Shown here in pieces: positions 19,677-30,682 of a stretch of DNA of 64,000 nt (position 1 is the stretch's first letter; every line of letters begins with the position of its first letter). The notes beneath the pieces were generated by a model that saw only the letters and a program-made list of their open reading frames with translations, made no database searches and was not told the DNA's origin. Source of the stretch: a virus (lineage: Duplodnaviria; Caudoviricetes); the IMG/VR virus record IMGVR_UViG_3300034157_000065, positions 64,001 through 128,000 of that record, one strand, 5' to 3'. Made by a program: the position numbers and the translations under genes.

Positions 19677-19734
19677 TGCTTTCATTGTTCATTCATTTGT
19701 GATAAAATAGGCCCATTAGAGGGCTTATTTTTTT

Positions 19735-20382
19735 ATGAGAAAATCAATTACTGTCACCACCATTGAAGAATTGAAATCAGTTGCATTTGATTACAATGCT
19801 CCGGTTTTTGTTGCTCCTGATATTCTTATCAGTGACTTTATTGCTACTGATGATGAATGTGATAAATTATTGGCTAACTTGAAAAATTATCATAAAGATG
19901 TGATTGCTTTCTTTTTTGTCCATGAAGGTTTTCGTGTTTACTTCTTAATTATTGATCATTTTGTTGTATTGAAAAAATATGCCATTGATAATGTAACGAT
20001 CCTTAATTTGAAAAAATTTGTGATTCAATCAGTTCGTTTTGATTCAAGTAGTCACGAGTGGGAAGAAAAACAATTTTATACTTATAACCGTGGAAATAAA
20101 CCTGAAAGTGTTGTCCGCAATTATGGATCTTTTATTGCTAAGTATCGCTATGTTTATGATAAAACCTATGTGAGCCAAATTAGAGTCACTGATCAATCCC
20201 AATACCTTATTGACATGACCTTTAAACGCAATGGTCGGGAGATAACATTGGTCGAATTGGCAGCAGACTATCCAGAAATTGCATCCGCTTTGAGAGGTAA
20301 AGTTCGATCAATTGAAAACCTTACCAACAAAAGCAAATTGATTAAATCTTATCTACCTATTATTGATATGATTCTTATTTAA
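19735..20382 (+). CDS. hypothetical protein, C-terminal MxxI-tag family
   Basis: ends LPIIDMILI. Confidence 0.8.
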   Translation: MRKSITVTTIEELKSVAFDYNAPVFVAPDILISDFIATDDECDKLLANLKNYHKDVIAFFFVHEGFRVYFLIIDHFVVLKKYAIDNVTILNLKKFVIQSVRFDSSSHEWEEKQFYTYNRGNKPESVVRNYGSFIAKYRYVYDKTYVSQIRVTDQSQYLIDMTFKRNGREITLVELAADYPEIASALRGKVRSIENLTNKSKLIKSYLPIIDMILI

Positions 20383-20391
20383 GGAATAACC

Positions 20392-21021
20392 ATGCTATTA
20401 ATCAATACCATTGAAGAGTTAAAAGACTGTCTGTTCTCAGTTGAGCACACTGGCCGCTTTATCAAACCTGTTCAAGAATTCGTTAAATCGGGTGAGATTA
20501 TTAAACCCGAAAACCGATCAGAATATATTTATGTACTGGATAACTTGCACACCATTCACTTTCAATTGAGTGAAGATCTTATTGTATTCAAAGGTTTTCA
20601 CATTAAACGAGAAAAAAATTATACGCTTCATAGATTAAATGATCTTCCTGCTACTATGTTCTATTTGAAAAATGGTATGCTTAACACCACTAGCTGGTAT
20701 GTGAATAGCAACGCTGTTCGTGACAATCCCATGAAACCAGTACTCGTTGATCGTCGTGAGGGTGACTACTGGACTTTCCAGTATGCAGGTAGCAATGATG
20801 GTTGCTTTGAGATGTCTCACATTATCTATGACAAGCGTAAGAAAGGTGAGTGGCGTGTAATGGATATGTTGGCTAGGCGACGTGGACAAAACATGAATTT
20901 TAAAGAGATTAAAAAACAATTTCCTTTTGTTGAAGATATTACATTTGATGATTGCTATGACCTTAGTACAAATATTTTTACTGCAGATCAAGTAACCTTG
21001 ATGCGAATGATTGATATTTGA
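20392..21021 (+). CDS. hypothetical protein, C-terminal MxxI-tag family
   Basis: ends VTLMRMIDI; one LHRLNDLPA unit. Confidence 0.8.
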   Translation: MLLINTIEELKDCLFSVEHTGRFIKPVQEFVKSGEIIKPENRSEYIYVLDNLHTIHFQLSEDLIVFKGFHIKREKNYTLHRLNDLPATMFYLKNGMLNTTSWYVNSNAVRDNPMKPVLVDRREGDYWTFQYAGSNDGCFEMSHIIYDKRKKGEWRVMDMLARRRGQNMNFKEIKKQFPFVEDITFDDCYDLSTNIFTADQVTLMRMIDI

Positions 21022-21129
21022 AATCGGCAATATAATACTGCTTAATGTTAAAAGATGGCATCTAATCGGCATTATATTGCAGATTTAGGTGCTTTTTTGT
21101 ATCCTTTTACGCAATATAATGCAGTTTTG

Positions 21130-21942
21130 TTATATTTCGATCATTTCAATCAGTTTTAAGTAATCCATAAAAGCTACTTTGTTATCACCATTAAAATTAT
21201 CATAAAATGAGTTATTGACCACTTTAAACCAATTGTTGTCTTCTAAGTTAATAGTTTTAGGATTAAAGAAGCTTGAGTCTACCTCTGATTTTACATTCAT
21301 GACGTGTTTGGTAAATCTTAACAACATCATTTCTGTTTCAACATCACCATTAGAGTTTAGTGAGTAACTTGTACCACTAGATTTAACTATATTTTTCAAT
21401 TCAAATGTTTTACGGCAAATTTTATGGTCTTTGTCGAAGAAATATGTCATATTCGCTATCTTTCTTAAATGCAACAAAATAACCCAGTGTTTTTGCTTGA
21501 TGGCATACGTTGAACCATAGTAATCTTTCTGTATATAAAACTCTAACTGGTTGGCACCGTTATTAAAATGATTTAAGTTTAAGTAATTGATTAATGTTGA
21601 TTCCATTAAATCACCCTTATATTGAGCAGTGTAATGAGTTTGTTGACCAGTATCATCGTAATATACATACATGGACAAATCAAATTCACAGTCAAACAAT
21701 TCAAATAGGTTAAATTTAAAAGTAATGATAATGCAATCACTGGCTTTTTCCGATACATAAAAAGAGGTTTCATCTTTTACTAAATGAAGATGTTCTTCAA
21801 TTAACTCTTTGGTTAAATTTGGATTATTGTTAATTGCTATTAATTTTTCACACATCATGGCCCTAATAATTTCAAAGTGTTTGTCTTTGAGCTTATTATT
21901 TGTAGATAAATCTTCAAAATGTGGAAAATATAATTTCATCAT
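21130..21942 (-). CDS. hypothetical protein, C-terminal MxxI-tag family (paralogue of 21958)
   Basis: ends GDNKVAFMDYLKLIEMIEI. Confidence 0.85.
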   Translation of the reverse strand: MMKLYFPHFEDLSTNNKLKDKHFEIIRAMMCEKLIAINNNPNLTKELIEEHLHLVKDETSFYVSEKASDCIIITFKFNLFELFDCEFDLSMYVYYDDTGQQTHYTAQYKGDLMESTLINYLNLNHFNNGANQLEFYIQKDYYGSTYAIKQKHWVILLHLRKIANMTYFFDKDHKICRKTFELKNIVKSSGTSYSLNSNGDVETEMMLLRFTKHVMNVKSEVDSSFFNPKTINLEDNNWFKVVNNSFYDNFNGDNKVAFMDYLKLIEMIEI

Positions 21943-21957
21943 AAACCCTGTCTTTTG

Positions 21958-22749
21958 TTAAATTGCTATCATGTCTATTACATTCATATAATCTAAGAAC
22001 GCTGTTCGTTTGTCACCTGTTAAGCTTCTGAAAAAGTATTTATGAACGTCCCGCATCCATTCTGATTGTGTAAAATCTATATCATTGTAATTGATAAATG
22101 AGGCATCAACAAAATCTCTTTCAGTTATGACATGTTTTACAAACTTTAAAAACATAAGTTCGGTTTCAAACTTCTCAAAACCTTCCATTGAATAATTAGA
22201 ACTTGAATTATTAATTTTTGATTCAAACCCACGTAAATAAACCTTATGCTCAGTGTCAAAACGATATTTTAAAGTAGTTCTTATTTTTGGATATTCTGGT
22301 GTTTTTATATAATTTTCTTTGATGATTTCATATATAGTTTTATTGTTTGTATCTTCATCTAATGAAAACTCTAATTTAGAAAAATCGTCATTAAAATGAT
22401 TAATATTTAAAAGATTCATTACACTTAAATCATTTTTTGATCCCATATATGTTGAATGCCATCTATTGTATTGTCCATGTTGATTAAAATATAAATGTAC
22501 AGGTATTACAATATAACAATCGAAAAAATTAATAGCAAAGTTAACTGTACAGTAATCCTTAGTGTTATAAAATTTGGTAGTTGTTCCATAAATCCCAAGG
22601 TTACTTTGAATATCTTCGTTTGTGATATTTTGATTATTATTCATTTTTACAAATTTTTCGTACAATAATTCCCACACCTTACCTTCTTGGTCTTTCGCAA
22701 GGTTGGGGTTTCTTGATAATTCTTCGTAATTTGGAAATGAAAGATACAT
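21958..22749 (-). CDS. hypothetical protein, C-terminal MxxI-tag family (paralogue of 21130)
   Basis: ends GDKRTAFLDYMNVIDMIAI; GAGG RBS. Confidence 0.85.
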   Translation of the reverse strand: MYLSFPNYEELSRNPNLAKDQEGKVWELLYEKFVKMNNNQNITNEDIQSNLGIYGTTTKFYNTKDYCTVNFAINFFDCYIVIPVHLYFNQHGQYNRWHSTYMGSKNDLSVMNLLNINHFNDDFSKLEFSLDEDTNNKTIYEIIKENYIKTPEYPKIRTTLKYRFDTEHKVYLRGFESKINNSSSNYSMEGFEKFETELMFLKFVKHVITERDFVDASFINYNDIDFTQSEWMRDVHKYFFRSLTGDKRTAFLDYMNVIDMIAI

Positions 22750-22892
22750 TGAAAATCCTCAATTTTAATATCTTTTTATTATACCTTATTTTAAACTTTT
22801 AGTCCATCAAAAAACCATGAAAATATTGACAAAAATAGATAAATTTATTGATTTTTTATTTTAAATATGTTAAAATACTCGCTCTTTAAGAG

Positions 22893-23336
22893 GTGAATTT
22901 TATGGAGTTAGATATTAAGGTTGTGAAAGAATTAGGTCCGCATGTCGGCCAAAAAGTTTGGATTTGTGATTATCGTCAACCTGACTTGGATAAGAAAGCT
23001 ATCCGTCATGTCCCACCAACAGAAGTGTTTATTGTATCAAACGCAGAAAACACGACTAATAAAAAAATCTATTATTCAGAAACTCATTTCAGACCTATTG
23101 GTAAAAATGGTGAAGCGAGTAGCAAAATGATTGGTATTTTTGACAATACAGGTTATCGTAGTTTTACAGGCACACCGCTTCACGTTTTTGATAACAAAGA
23201 TGAATGTGTTGAGTTTTATAACGATCAAGCTGACAAAATTATTTCAGCCATTGATGAAAAGATCAGTTGGGTTGTGGTAGGATTGAACAACTACAAAAAA
23301 GAAGTCCTCGACAACAAACTGAAATCAAGAAAATAA
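22893..23336 (+). CDS. hypothetical protein
   Basis: GAGGTG RBS favours ATG 22902. Confidence 0.8.
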   Translation: MNFMELDIKVVKELGPHVGQKVWICDYRQPDLDKKAIRHVPPTEVFIVSNAENTTNKKIYYSETHFRPIGKNGEASSKMIGIFDNTGYRSFTGTPLHVFDNKDECVEFYNDQADKIISAIDEKISWVVVGLNNYKKEVLDNKLKSRK

Positions 23337-23385
23337 CAACATAAAGGATGGCTTCGGTCATCCTTTTCTTTCGGAGAATGACTTA

Positions 23386-23715
23386 ATGCTTAATTTCCTG
23401 TTCAAAAAAGTGATTGTGGTGGAATATGAACATCGTGTCAGTATTTACGACACATTTGAAAAAGTAACTAATAATGATGCCTTGTTGCCTTATGTGAACA
23501 AGAATATGACCCTTAAAAATGGAGTAAAATCTATTAAGGCTGATTTACATACAGGGGCGGAATACTATTACCCTGTGACTATTTATGCCGCTCACCGCTT
23601 TAATTTCTTACACCTGAGTGATTCAGCTTCGTGTGCTTATCAACAGTTTAAATCTCTTTTGACCCGTTCATCCTGTGATTGGGATAGTTTTTCGGCCTAC
23701 TCTTTCAAAAAATAA
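23386..23715 (+). CDS. hypothetical protein
   Basis: GGAG RBS, 109 aa. Confidence 0.7.
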   Translation: MLNFLFKKVIVVEYEHRVSIYDTFEKVTNNDALLPYVNKNMTLKNGVKSIKADLHTGAEYYYPVTIYAAHRFNFLHLSDSASCAYQQFKSLLTRSSCDWDSFSAYSFKK

Positions 23716-23749
23716 TATATCTTTAACTTTTTAAAATGAGGTATTTGAC

Positions 23750-24199
23750 ATGTGTATTGAAAACCAGAAGCCTGATACATTTGAAAGAATTCTTTTAGCT
23801 GTTATGGGTGGAGCTATGATTGCGTTGGCATTCCTTTTTTTGAGTTTGTTTATTTTTGAAGTTCCATCTTCAGAAACAACTTATAAGGTTCGGCAAGACA
23901 TCTTTACAATCAATCGAACATTTGACCAAAATTCCAACACATGGTTGGTTGGCGTCATGGATGCTGATAATCTCAAACTGGGATCATTTGTTTGTGCATC
24001 AGAACCTATGAATGCTAATCCTGCACTTTACTATAACCTGACTAGAGAAGATATTTTCTTTGGGCCTTCTAAATACTATTTTTCTTTTAGTTACGTGGAA
24101 AACTGTAAAAGTGTAAGTGCAAGCTTTTCATCAGATACAACACAAATGCCAAACGTGCAAAATAGAACACCACGACAAAAAGGCGAATTCATATTATAG
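23750..24199 (+). CDS. single-TM membrane protein
   Basis: GAGG RBS, N-terminal TM. Confidence 0.75.
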   Translation: MCIENQKPDTFERILLAVMGGAMIALAFLFLSLFIFEVPSSETTYKVRQDIFTINRTFDQNSNTWLVGVMDADNLKLGSFVCASEPMNANPALYYNLTREDIFFGPSKYYFSFSYVENCKSVSASFSSDTTQMPNVQNRTPRQKGEFIL

Positions 24200-24259
24200 T
24201 GGTTGATTTTTTTTTCATTCCATGCTATAATGACTTCTTAATTTATAGAGGTCATTATC

Positions 24260-24739
24260 ATGGGTGTGACATTTCAGGCTCAAATCAATCACGATGATTA
24301 CCCTCAACAGAAGGTGTTCATGGCTGATCTTTATCCCGATTTGGATGAAGAGTATTTCAAGCTTGAAGGGTATTGCCCATTCGATGAAGACACTCAACGC
24401 CATTACCAGATGGAACGTGTCATTGACTTCAAACAAAGTCGTGATTTCAGCTACGCTAATTTTTATTTGTTGTTGGATCTGGTAGATCGTAATATCCGTA
24501 TTGCTACACAAGCTGATGGTGGCTACTATGCTATCAATCATGCTGACCTTCAAGTGTTCCGCAAGAAAGTCTTTATGGCCTTGAATAAGGTCAACGAAGG
24601 CCATGCCGTTGAGCCATCACAAAATGGCAACTTCTATGATGGTGGTGCCTCTATGGATTATATTCAGGGTGCTCTCAGTGATATGCTTGAAATCATTGAT
24701 CAGGCATACAAGAAAAACTTAAATATTCTTTGGGCTTAA
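24260..24739 (+). CDS. hypothetical protein
   Basis: TGCTATAAT, GAGG RBS. Confidence 0.8.
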   Translation: MGVTFQAQINHDDYPQQKVFMADLYPDLDEEYFKLEGYCPFDEDTQRHYQMERVIDFKQSRDFSYANFYLLLDLVDRNIRIATQADGGYYAINHADLQVFRKKVFMALNKVNEGHAVEPSQNGNFYDGGASMDYIQGALSDMLEIIDQAYKKNLNILWA

Positions 24740-24741
24740 TT

Positions 24742-25089
24742 ATGATCAATTCAAAACAAGTATTTAAAGCAGGCTTATGCAGTATCTTGGGATCTGTGTC
24801 ATTCTCACTTTTCTTCTGGAATAGTTATATGCTCTCGACAGGTCGGTTTATGGTCTGGAAAGCATTTGAAGGGGATTCTCACCTCCTAATGTTCGCTTTA
24901 TTCCTTATGCCATTACTGATTGGTTTGTCTGCCGGATTTGGTATGATTTTTTATTCATTTAATCTAGAAAGTAAAGAAGCCGACAAAAGAATGCAAGATC
25001 GAATAGCACTCAGAGATAAGCAATTAGAAGATACTACATTAAGTAGCCTAGAAAGAATTGATATAATTCTAGGTAACAACCAAAACTAA
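24742..25089 (+). CDS. 2-TM membrane protein
   Basis: two hydrophobic segments. Confidence 0.7.
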   Translation: MINSKQVFKAGLCSILGSVSFSLFFWNSYMLSTGRFMVWKAFEGDSHLLMFALFLMPLLIGLSAGFGMIFYSFNLESKEADKRMQDRIALRDKQLEDTTLSSLERIDIILGNNQN

Positions 25090-25110
25090 CCAACCTATGG
25101 GAGAACTCAT

Positions 25111-25491
25111 ATGACAATAGCTCAGAAAGACAATGAAAGTTTTGTTAACGCTATCCGCTCAATGACTGAAAAGTTTATTGCTCTGTTTGAAACTCACTCG
25201 GTATCCAATGATTTTTCTTGGTTTAAATTTCGTGATGACACACTTTTAACTGCTATTCAACATTCCTTTGGTGAATTGACTAAGGAAGAATTGATAGAAT
25301 ATCAGCGTGTCTTTAATCAAGTCATGGTTGAACATGGTTACAGTATCACTTCTGTAAATCACCTTGACGATAAAGTCGAATTATGGCATGATACCCCTTC
25401 ATTAAATATGGAACTTCACGAATATCTTGGTATTGCTTGGGGTGATTATCATCATTTTATGTTTGGTCGAGATATTTATTTGAAAAAATAA
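25111..25491 (+). CDS. hypothetical protein
   Basis: GGAG RBS, 126 aa. Confidence 0.75.
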   Translation: MTIAQKDNESFVNAIRSMTEKFIALFETHSVSNDFSWFKFRDDTLLTAIQHSFGELTKEELIEYQRVFNQVMVEHGYSITSVNHLDDKVELWHDTPSLNMELHEYLGIAWGDYHHFMFGRDIYLKK

Positions 25492-25555
25492 CTCCATAGA
25501 TTTTTTTCTTGAACAGTTTTTTTAATAATTTCAACTCTTAGCTACGGATCAAAAT

Positions 25556-26179
25556 ATGAATGTCAATGCGGCTGAAACAGATAGCTTTAAAGAACTGTTT
25601 ACTGTGTTCGCTAAGGAACACGATATAACGGTGGGACGTTATTGTGCAGTCAAACTGCTAAGTTTCTACAATTATAATTTTGATCCGGTTCTGCTCTTTC
25701 AACTGGATGCTGATTTGGTTGCTCCACTTGTCTTAAAACCTTTTAAACATTTTCATGTGAAAAAGCTAGTCACCCGCTTAACCGATTTTTTGGGTGAAGT
25801 CGTTGAAGATAGTTTAGAGGGGTTTCTTTCCGCCGACTTCTTTGATCAATTCATCCTTCACAACATTCAAAACATTGTATTGAAAGAAGGGTATACCAGT
25901 GTTCACGATGTGGCTTATTATCAATTAGAATTGATCAGCACATCTACACGCCTTATGGTGAATTTTCATACTGAACCTGCACAGCCTAGATTTTATAGAA
26001 ATACAGAAATGAAGGGATCTATTAAATACCTCAATATGGATGTTTATTATCGAGATTTTGAATCACTCAGAGAACCTATGTTGGCATATTATGCCGATGA
26101 AATTGGTAAATTCCTCAATATTCCAGTGAATGAAATTGACGATAACGTTTTGAAACTGGTTGAAATGGTTAAAATCTAG
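25556..26179 (+). CDS. hypothetical protein, C-terminal MxxI-tag family
   Basis: ends IDDNVLKLVEMVKI-TAG. Confidence 0.8.
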   Translation: MNVNAAETDSFKELFTVFAKEHDITVGRYCAVKLLSFYNYNFDPVLLFQLDADLVAPLVLKPFKHFHVKKLVTRLTDFLGEVVEDSLEGFLSADFFDQFILHNIQNIVLKEGYTSVHDVAYYQLELISTSTRLMVNFHTEPAQPRFYRNTEMKGSIKYLNMDVYYRDFESLREPMLAYYADEIGKFLNIPVNEIDDNVLKLVEMVKI

Positions 26180-26260
26180 CACGTTTCTCGTTTTTTCTTG
26201 ACGTGGAGTGATTTCTTTAGTATAATTACGAGATTGAAAATAAAAGAGGATTACATAAAA

Positions 26261-27346
26261 ATGTCTACGTTTAAAGCGACCGTTCTTCCAGTCATTGTTG
26301 AGCCACATCCTAACGCTGATGCGATTGAACTGGCTCGCGTCGGGGATTTCTTCTCGATCATCCAAAAAGGATACCTGAAAACAGGTGATTTGGCTGTTTA
26401 TATTCCAGAAGGTGCTCTTGTTCCTGATTTCATTCAAGAAGAAGTAGGTTGCCTTGGTAAATTGGCAGGTTCCAAGAAAAACCGTTTGAAGCCTTCCATG
26501 CTTCGTGGCATTCTCAGTCAAGGTCTTTGCTTCAAAGCCCGTGATGGCTGGGCTATTGGTGACGATAAAGCCGAAGAATTGGGTATCATCAAGTATGAAG
26601 CTCCTATTCCAGCTTCCATGAATGGTGAGATTTCTAACGTGGGTATTGAAAACACTTTCCACTTTGACATTGAAAACGTCAAGCGTTACCCTGATGTGTT
26701 GGTTGATGGTGAGCTTGTCTCCATGACTGAAAAACTTCATGGTACTTTCACTGTTGCTGGTAGCGTTTATGGCAAAGACCCTATTCCACATGTGGTTGAT
26801 GGTCGCTCATTCGTGAGTAGCAAAGGTTTCTTCAACAAAGGTTTGGTGCTTCGTGATAACGATCAAAATGCTCATAACATTTACATTCGTGTTGCTAAAA
26901 AGTTCAATCTTTACGAAATTACAGCTATCCTTGCAGATCGCTACAAAACTAATGCTTACATTTCAGGTGAGACATTCGGTGCTGTTCAAGATTTGACGTA
27001 TGGTTTGGACAATGGTGTGTTTGATTTCCGTGTGTTCAACGTCTTTCTTGGTTCCCGCACAGAAGCCAGTGGTGTGTTCCCTGTTAATGATGATGAACTT
27101 GAAGCCTTGTTGACTGAGTTCAACTTGAAGCGTGTTCCTGTGCTTTACAAGGGGCCATTCAGCAAAGAAGTCATGTTGCAATACACTGATGGCTTGGAAA
27201 CTTATTCGGGCAAGGAAACACACATTCGTGAGGGTGTTGTGATTGAACCACTTGTTCAACGTCGAGATTCTACTATTGGACGTGTTGTATTGAAAAGTGT
27301 TTCGACAGCTTACCTTTCTCGTAAAGGTGGAACAGAACTAAACTGA
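26261..27346 (+). CDS. RNA ligase, DRB0094-type (N-terminal OB-like module + Rnl2-type nucleotidyltransferase)
   Basis: HPNADAIELA N-terminus, TEKLHGT motif I, GETFG, REGVVI, LKSVS..YL. Confidence 0.9.
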   Translation: MSTFKATVLPVIVEPHPNADAIELARVGDFFSIIQKGYLKTGDLAVYIPEGALVPDFIQEEVGCLGKLAGSKKNRLKPSMLRGILSQGLCFKARDGWAIGDDKAEELGIIKYEAPIPASMNGEISNVGIENTFHFDIENVKRYPDVLVDGELVSMTEKLHGTFTVAGSVYGKDPIPHVVDGRSFVSSKGFFNKGLVLRDNDQNAHNIYIRVAKKFNLYEITAILADRYKTNAYISGETFGAVQDLTYGLDNGVFDFRVFNVFLGSRTEASGVFPVNDDELEALLTEFNLKRVPVLYKGPFSKEVMLQYTDGLETYSGKETHIREGVVIEPLVQRRDSTIGRVVLKSVSTAYLSRKGGTELN

Positions 27347-27383
27347 TAGGAACCTTCGGGTTCCTCTTTCTTTGAGGTATATC

Positions 27384-27722
27384 ATGAGTAAACTAACGTG
27401 TACAGAAATTAAAGCGGCTGTTGGATTAGTCGCATTGAAACATAATTTGCAAGTGGATTGGAGTTCAGAAGACTCTTTTACATGGATTACCATGTGGCGT
27501 GATGGCGTTAAATTTAAAGCCGAAGAAGCTGCAGTTATCTCGCAAGAAATTGCAAATTCTACTCAGCACGACTTCTACTTGAGTAAAATCCTTGCTGATG
27601 GTTTTGAAGGTGCATTTGACGCTGACATGCGTAAATTATTGCCTGATGAAATACCACTTGTTTATTCCGACCGTGGCAAATCAAAAATTTGTGATTATGG
27701 CGAACGATTTGAATATCAATAA
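27384..27722 (+). CDS. hypothetical protein
   Basis: GAGG RBS before ATG 27384. Confidence 0.75.
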   Translation: MSKLTCTEIKAAVGLVALKHNLQVDWSSEDSFTWITMWRDGVKFKAEEAAVISQEIANSTQHDFYLSKILADGFEGAFDADMRKLLPDEIPLVYSDRGKSKICDYGERFEYQ

Positions 27723-27802
27723 CTTTAAAAGGAGCCGAAAGGTTCCTTTTTTCATTCTACTATGGTATAATGCCTTATCAAAAATCAAAGGTGTTATTAC
27801 TC

Positions 27803-28402
27803 ATGAACGAAAAAATTGTTAAACTTCTCAACTCCTTTTACAATATCGGTTTTGATGGGGTTGATTATTTCTCCGTATTCCCAACCGTTCCTAATGACCA
27901 AATTTCAGAATTCGCTATCTGTATTGCCCATGACTGCGATATTCATGTGATGCCTTGCATGAATCCAGATGTTACAACTCTTCGTGATGCCGATGGCAAC
28001 ATGAATGATATTTATCAAGACATGTTCTTTTCCTTTGAACAATATCCAACACTGACCGGTTTCTTGAAAATCGCCGCTCGGGGCATTGGTATGGACAACA
28101 TGTTGGGGCGTATTTCCAGTGGTGTTGATTTGAAAAATCCAATCGAACTCATCAATGCCATTGTTGAAGAACAAGATTACCCAGAAGTGCTGGATGGGTT
28201 TGTTTACTCTCGCCTACAAGATGATAATGATGGTGAAGACACTTCGACACTTGATATCAGCTTTGACAGTGTGGGTGCCTATGTAAAGGTTCGTTCGCTG
28301 GATAGTCTTCGGTATCGCACCAGTTATGGCGGCGGTAAAAGTGACCGTCTTCGTAATTCCTTGCTGTTAATTTGCTACATTATCCATCATAACCTTGTAT
28401 AA
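27803..28402 (+). CDS. hypothetical protein
   Basis: AAGGTG RBS; C-terminal RYRT..GGG.S.RLRN.LL. Confidence 0.8.
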   Translation: MNEKIVKLLNSFYNIGFDGVDYFSVFPTVPNDQISEFAICIAHDCDIHVMPCMNPDVTTLRDADGNMNDIYQDMFFSFEQYPTLTGFLKIAARGIGMDNMLGRISSGVDLKNPIELINAIVEEQDYPEVLDGFVYSRLQDDNDGEDTSTLDISFDSVGAYVKVRSLDSLRYRTSYGGGKSDRLRNSLLLICYIIHHNLV

Positions 28403-28452
28403 AACGCTCTAAACTGCTATAATAGACCATACTTTTTCATCGGAGATACATT

Positions 28453-28881
28453 ATGACTACTTTGCACAAAGGCTTCAACAAAATCATGGAAAGCGAATCC
28501 ATTTTGAGTGGCAATGTCTTCTCAACCGTTCAGCGTTCCATGTATGTTCGTGGTGTTCATAATGTGGAATGCAACGGTTATGACTTTAAAACAGGCGAAC
28601 TGCACCAACGTGACATGAATATCTTCACTGATTTCATGCAGCGTAATGTTTCGGCAGACTCGTTCATTCGTGATGACTTTTATAGCAAAGTGTCTGAATT
28701 GTCTTTTAAAGGTGATCTGTGTCTTTATATCTTTCACAGTTCTGCAAAATCGGCTGCCATTGCCATTGCGATTGCTGATAAGAGTGGTCTGCAGTATTTC
28801 TATGAACTCAAAGGCGATATTAAGAACCGCAGTATCGTTAATTATATCAAAAGCGAACTGAATACCAAAGGTTGGTATTAA
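28453..28881 (+). CDS. hypothetical protein
   Basis: TGCTATAAT, GGAG RBS. Confidence 0.8.
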   Translation: MTTLHKGFNKIMESESILSGNVFSTVQRSMYVRGVHNVECNGYDFKTGELHQRDMNIFTDFMQRNVSADSFIRDDFYSKVSELSFKGDLCLYIFHSSAKSAAIAIAIADKSGLQYFYELKGDIKNRSIVNYIKSELNTKGWY

Positions 28882-28976
28882 TTAACCTTTCATCATACTC
28901 TTAGTTGTTAATTTTGACTTTCATTCAGATTATAGTATACTGAACCGAAGTTAAAAGAAAACAACTAGGAGTTTAT

Positions 28977-29477
28977 ATGTTAAAGAAAACCTTATTAGCG
29001 TGTCTTTTGATCAGTAGTTCCTTAGCTGTTCATGCAGCCGATTTTGCACCCTTCGGAATCAAAATTGGAGAACAAAGTTCGTTCTATCCAAAAAATCTCC
29101 AACCCACTGTCCTTGAACCTGTTAAAGTTCAGCCACCACAACCCGTTGAAGACTTCTTCAATGAATACAATGTCTATTTTAATGACGATCAACTTGTTCG
29201 CAAAGTAGAAGCTACTGGTGATTTAACCTCGGGCAAATACAGTTGTGTCGATATTGCCAATTCATTAAATGACACTTTTTTGAAGACCTATACCAATGCT
29301 CAACCTAGTGTTCAAAATGGTGCTATGTATGCGTATACCGTTGAAGAGGGGACTGATAGTTATTCCGCCTATATTGCTTGTGATGAAACATCAATTCATT
29401 ATGTCATGTTTAATCCTGTACTTGAAAAGATAAGAGATAACGTTGAAAGTCCAAAAAAAGTAGACGTTCAACTATAA
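28977..29477 (+). CDS. secreted/periplasmic protein
   Basis: signal peptide ...AVHA, PFGIKIG, Cys pair. Confidence 0.8.
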   Translation: MLKKTLLACLLISSSLAVHAADFAPFGIKIGEQSSFYPKNLQPTVLEPVKVQPPQPVEDFFNEYNVYFNDDQLVRKVEATGDLTSGKYSCVDIANSLNDTFLKTYTNAQPSVQNGAMYAYTVEEGTDSYSAYIACDETSIHYVMFNPVLEKIRDNVESPKKVDVQL

Positions 29478-29555
29478 TTCTTTAAATGTATAAAATCAGC
29501 CAGCACTTGTGTTGGCTTTTTTGTTTTTTCTGCTATAGTAAATCTTTTAAGGAGA

Positions 29556-29954
29556 ATGAAAATGGCCGGAATTCCAAAAGTATCAATTCGTTTCACCGAC
29601 ACTTACAAAGCAGCATTATCAGAAATAACGAGCACTATTGAAAATTTTAGAGCACTTGATGATTTATATGACATCTACATGGTTGAATCAACGATCAGAA
29701 CAGCCAGTATGGTAGAGGGTGACGATATATTTTCAGACGATTATGATTTTGGATTAGACGCAGAATCATTGTACATAAACATCTCTGATTTACCGACTTT
29801 GAAACCATGTAAATCACCTACACTCAGTATGTTGGAATATAGTTTTAAAGATTCGCCATTGAAGTTGTGGATACATATTACTGATGATGATCAAACTTTT
29901 GTTTTTGTACAAGTTCCTATGACTCATCTTATTGAGAATGCAAGGCACTACTAA
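29556..29954 (+). CDS. hypothetical protein
   Basis: AAGGAG RBS. Confidence 0.75.
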   Translation: MKMAGIPKVSIRFTDTYKAALSEITSTIENFRALDDLYDIYMVESTIRTASMVEGDDIFSDDYDFGLDAESLYINISDLPTLKPCKSPTLSMLEYSFKDSPLKLWIHITDDDQTFVFVQVPMTHLIENARHY

Positions 29955-30376
29955 TGACTGACATTGTTCCTTTGCTTCCACAGCTCACACATACACCAGA
30001 TATTGTTAAAGCCATTGACACCATCACTGGCTTGATTAAAAAAGTGAAAACAGCTCATGACCTTTTTTCAAAAAGAGATATTATAGAGCGAGCCACAGAG
30101 CTTGACTATCGTCTTCATTATGAGAAAAAGTTGCCTAATGATATGTTGTTCATTCCGATACCTTATCAGGTTCTTAATATATCCAGTGCTGAACTTGAGG
30201 TGATTAAACGTCACTTTGAAATCAGATCCGGTATTGTTTTCTCCATCAAGAATTTAAAAATCAAACACGAATATAATCATTGTATTGGTTTTAAACTTGA
30301 TGTCTTATATCCAGCACCTGTTGAAGTCGTACCTGTAAAAGAAGATGTTAAGCCACCTGTTAAAAAATCCAAATAA
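29954..30376 (+). CDS. hypothetical protein
   Basis: TAATG coupling to upstream gene. Confidence 0.75.
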   Translation: MTDIVPLLPQLTHTPDIVKAIDTITGLIKKVKTAHDLFSKRDIIERATELDYRLHYEKKLPNDMLFIPIPYQVLNISSAELEVIKRHFEIRSGIVFSIKNLKIKHEYNHCIGFKLDVLYPAPVEVVPVKEDVKPPVKKSK

Positions 30377-30682
30377 AAAACCCCGCTCTTTCGAGCAGGG
30401 CTTTGATAATAGGTAAGAGCGGCGATGAATTGCCGGATAAAGAACCCCTATTGATCCCGTGTTATAATGGCCCTTGGTGGCTACCATATCACTGGTTATT
30501 TTCACAACTCCCTCCCAGATCAACCACACCCAGTTAGAATGTCAGATTTTCTATTATCTACTGTTAACGAGGAAAAAATCTTCGAGACGAAAAAAACCTT
30601 TCAACAGTGAGTTTTTTTTTACAACAAAAAGTATACGGCATGAAACTACTCAATAAAAAAATCCGATATACCCTACCAAGAC
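30374..30682 (-). ncRNA. putative ~300-nt structured non-coding RNA
   Basis: minus-strand TTGACA(30715-30710)-17-TATGAT(30692-30687), GCCCTGCTC-GAAA-GAGCGGGGT-T-tract terminator, several helices, no credible ORF. Confidence 0.55.

Noticed and set aside
30305-30656. ORFs 30305-30529(-) and 30474-30656(+)
   Set aside because: Non-ATG starts, no convincing RBS, low-complexity translation, and the minus ORF runs through a terminator; the ncRNA reading is preferred.
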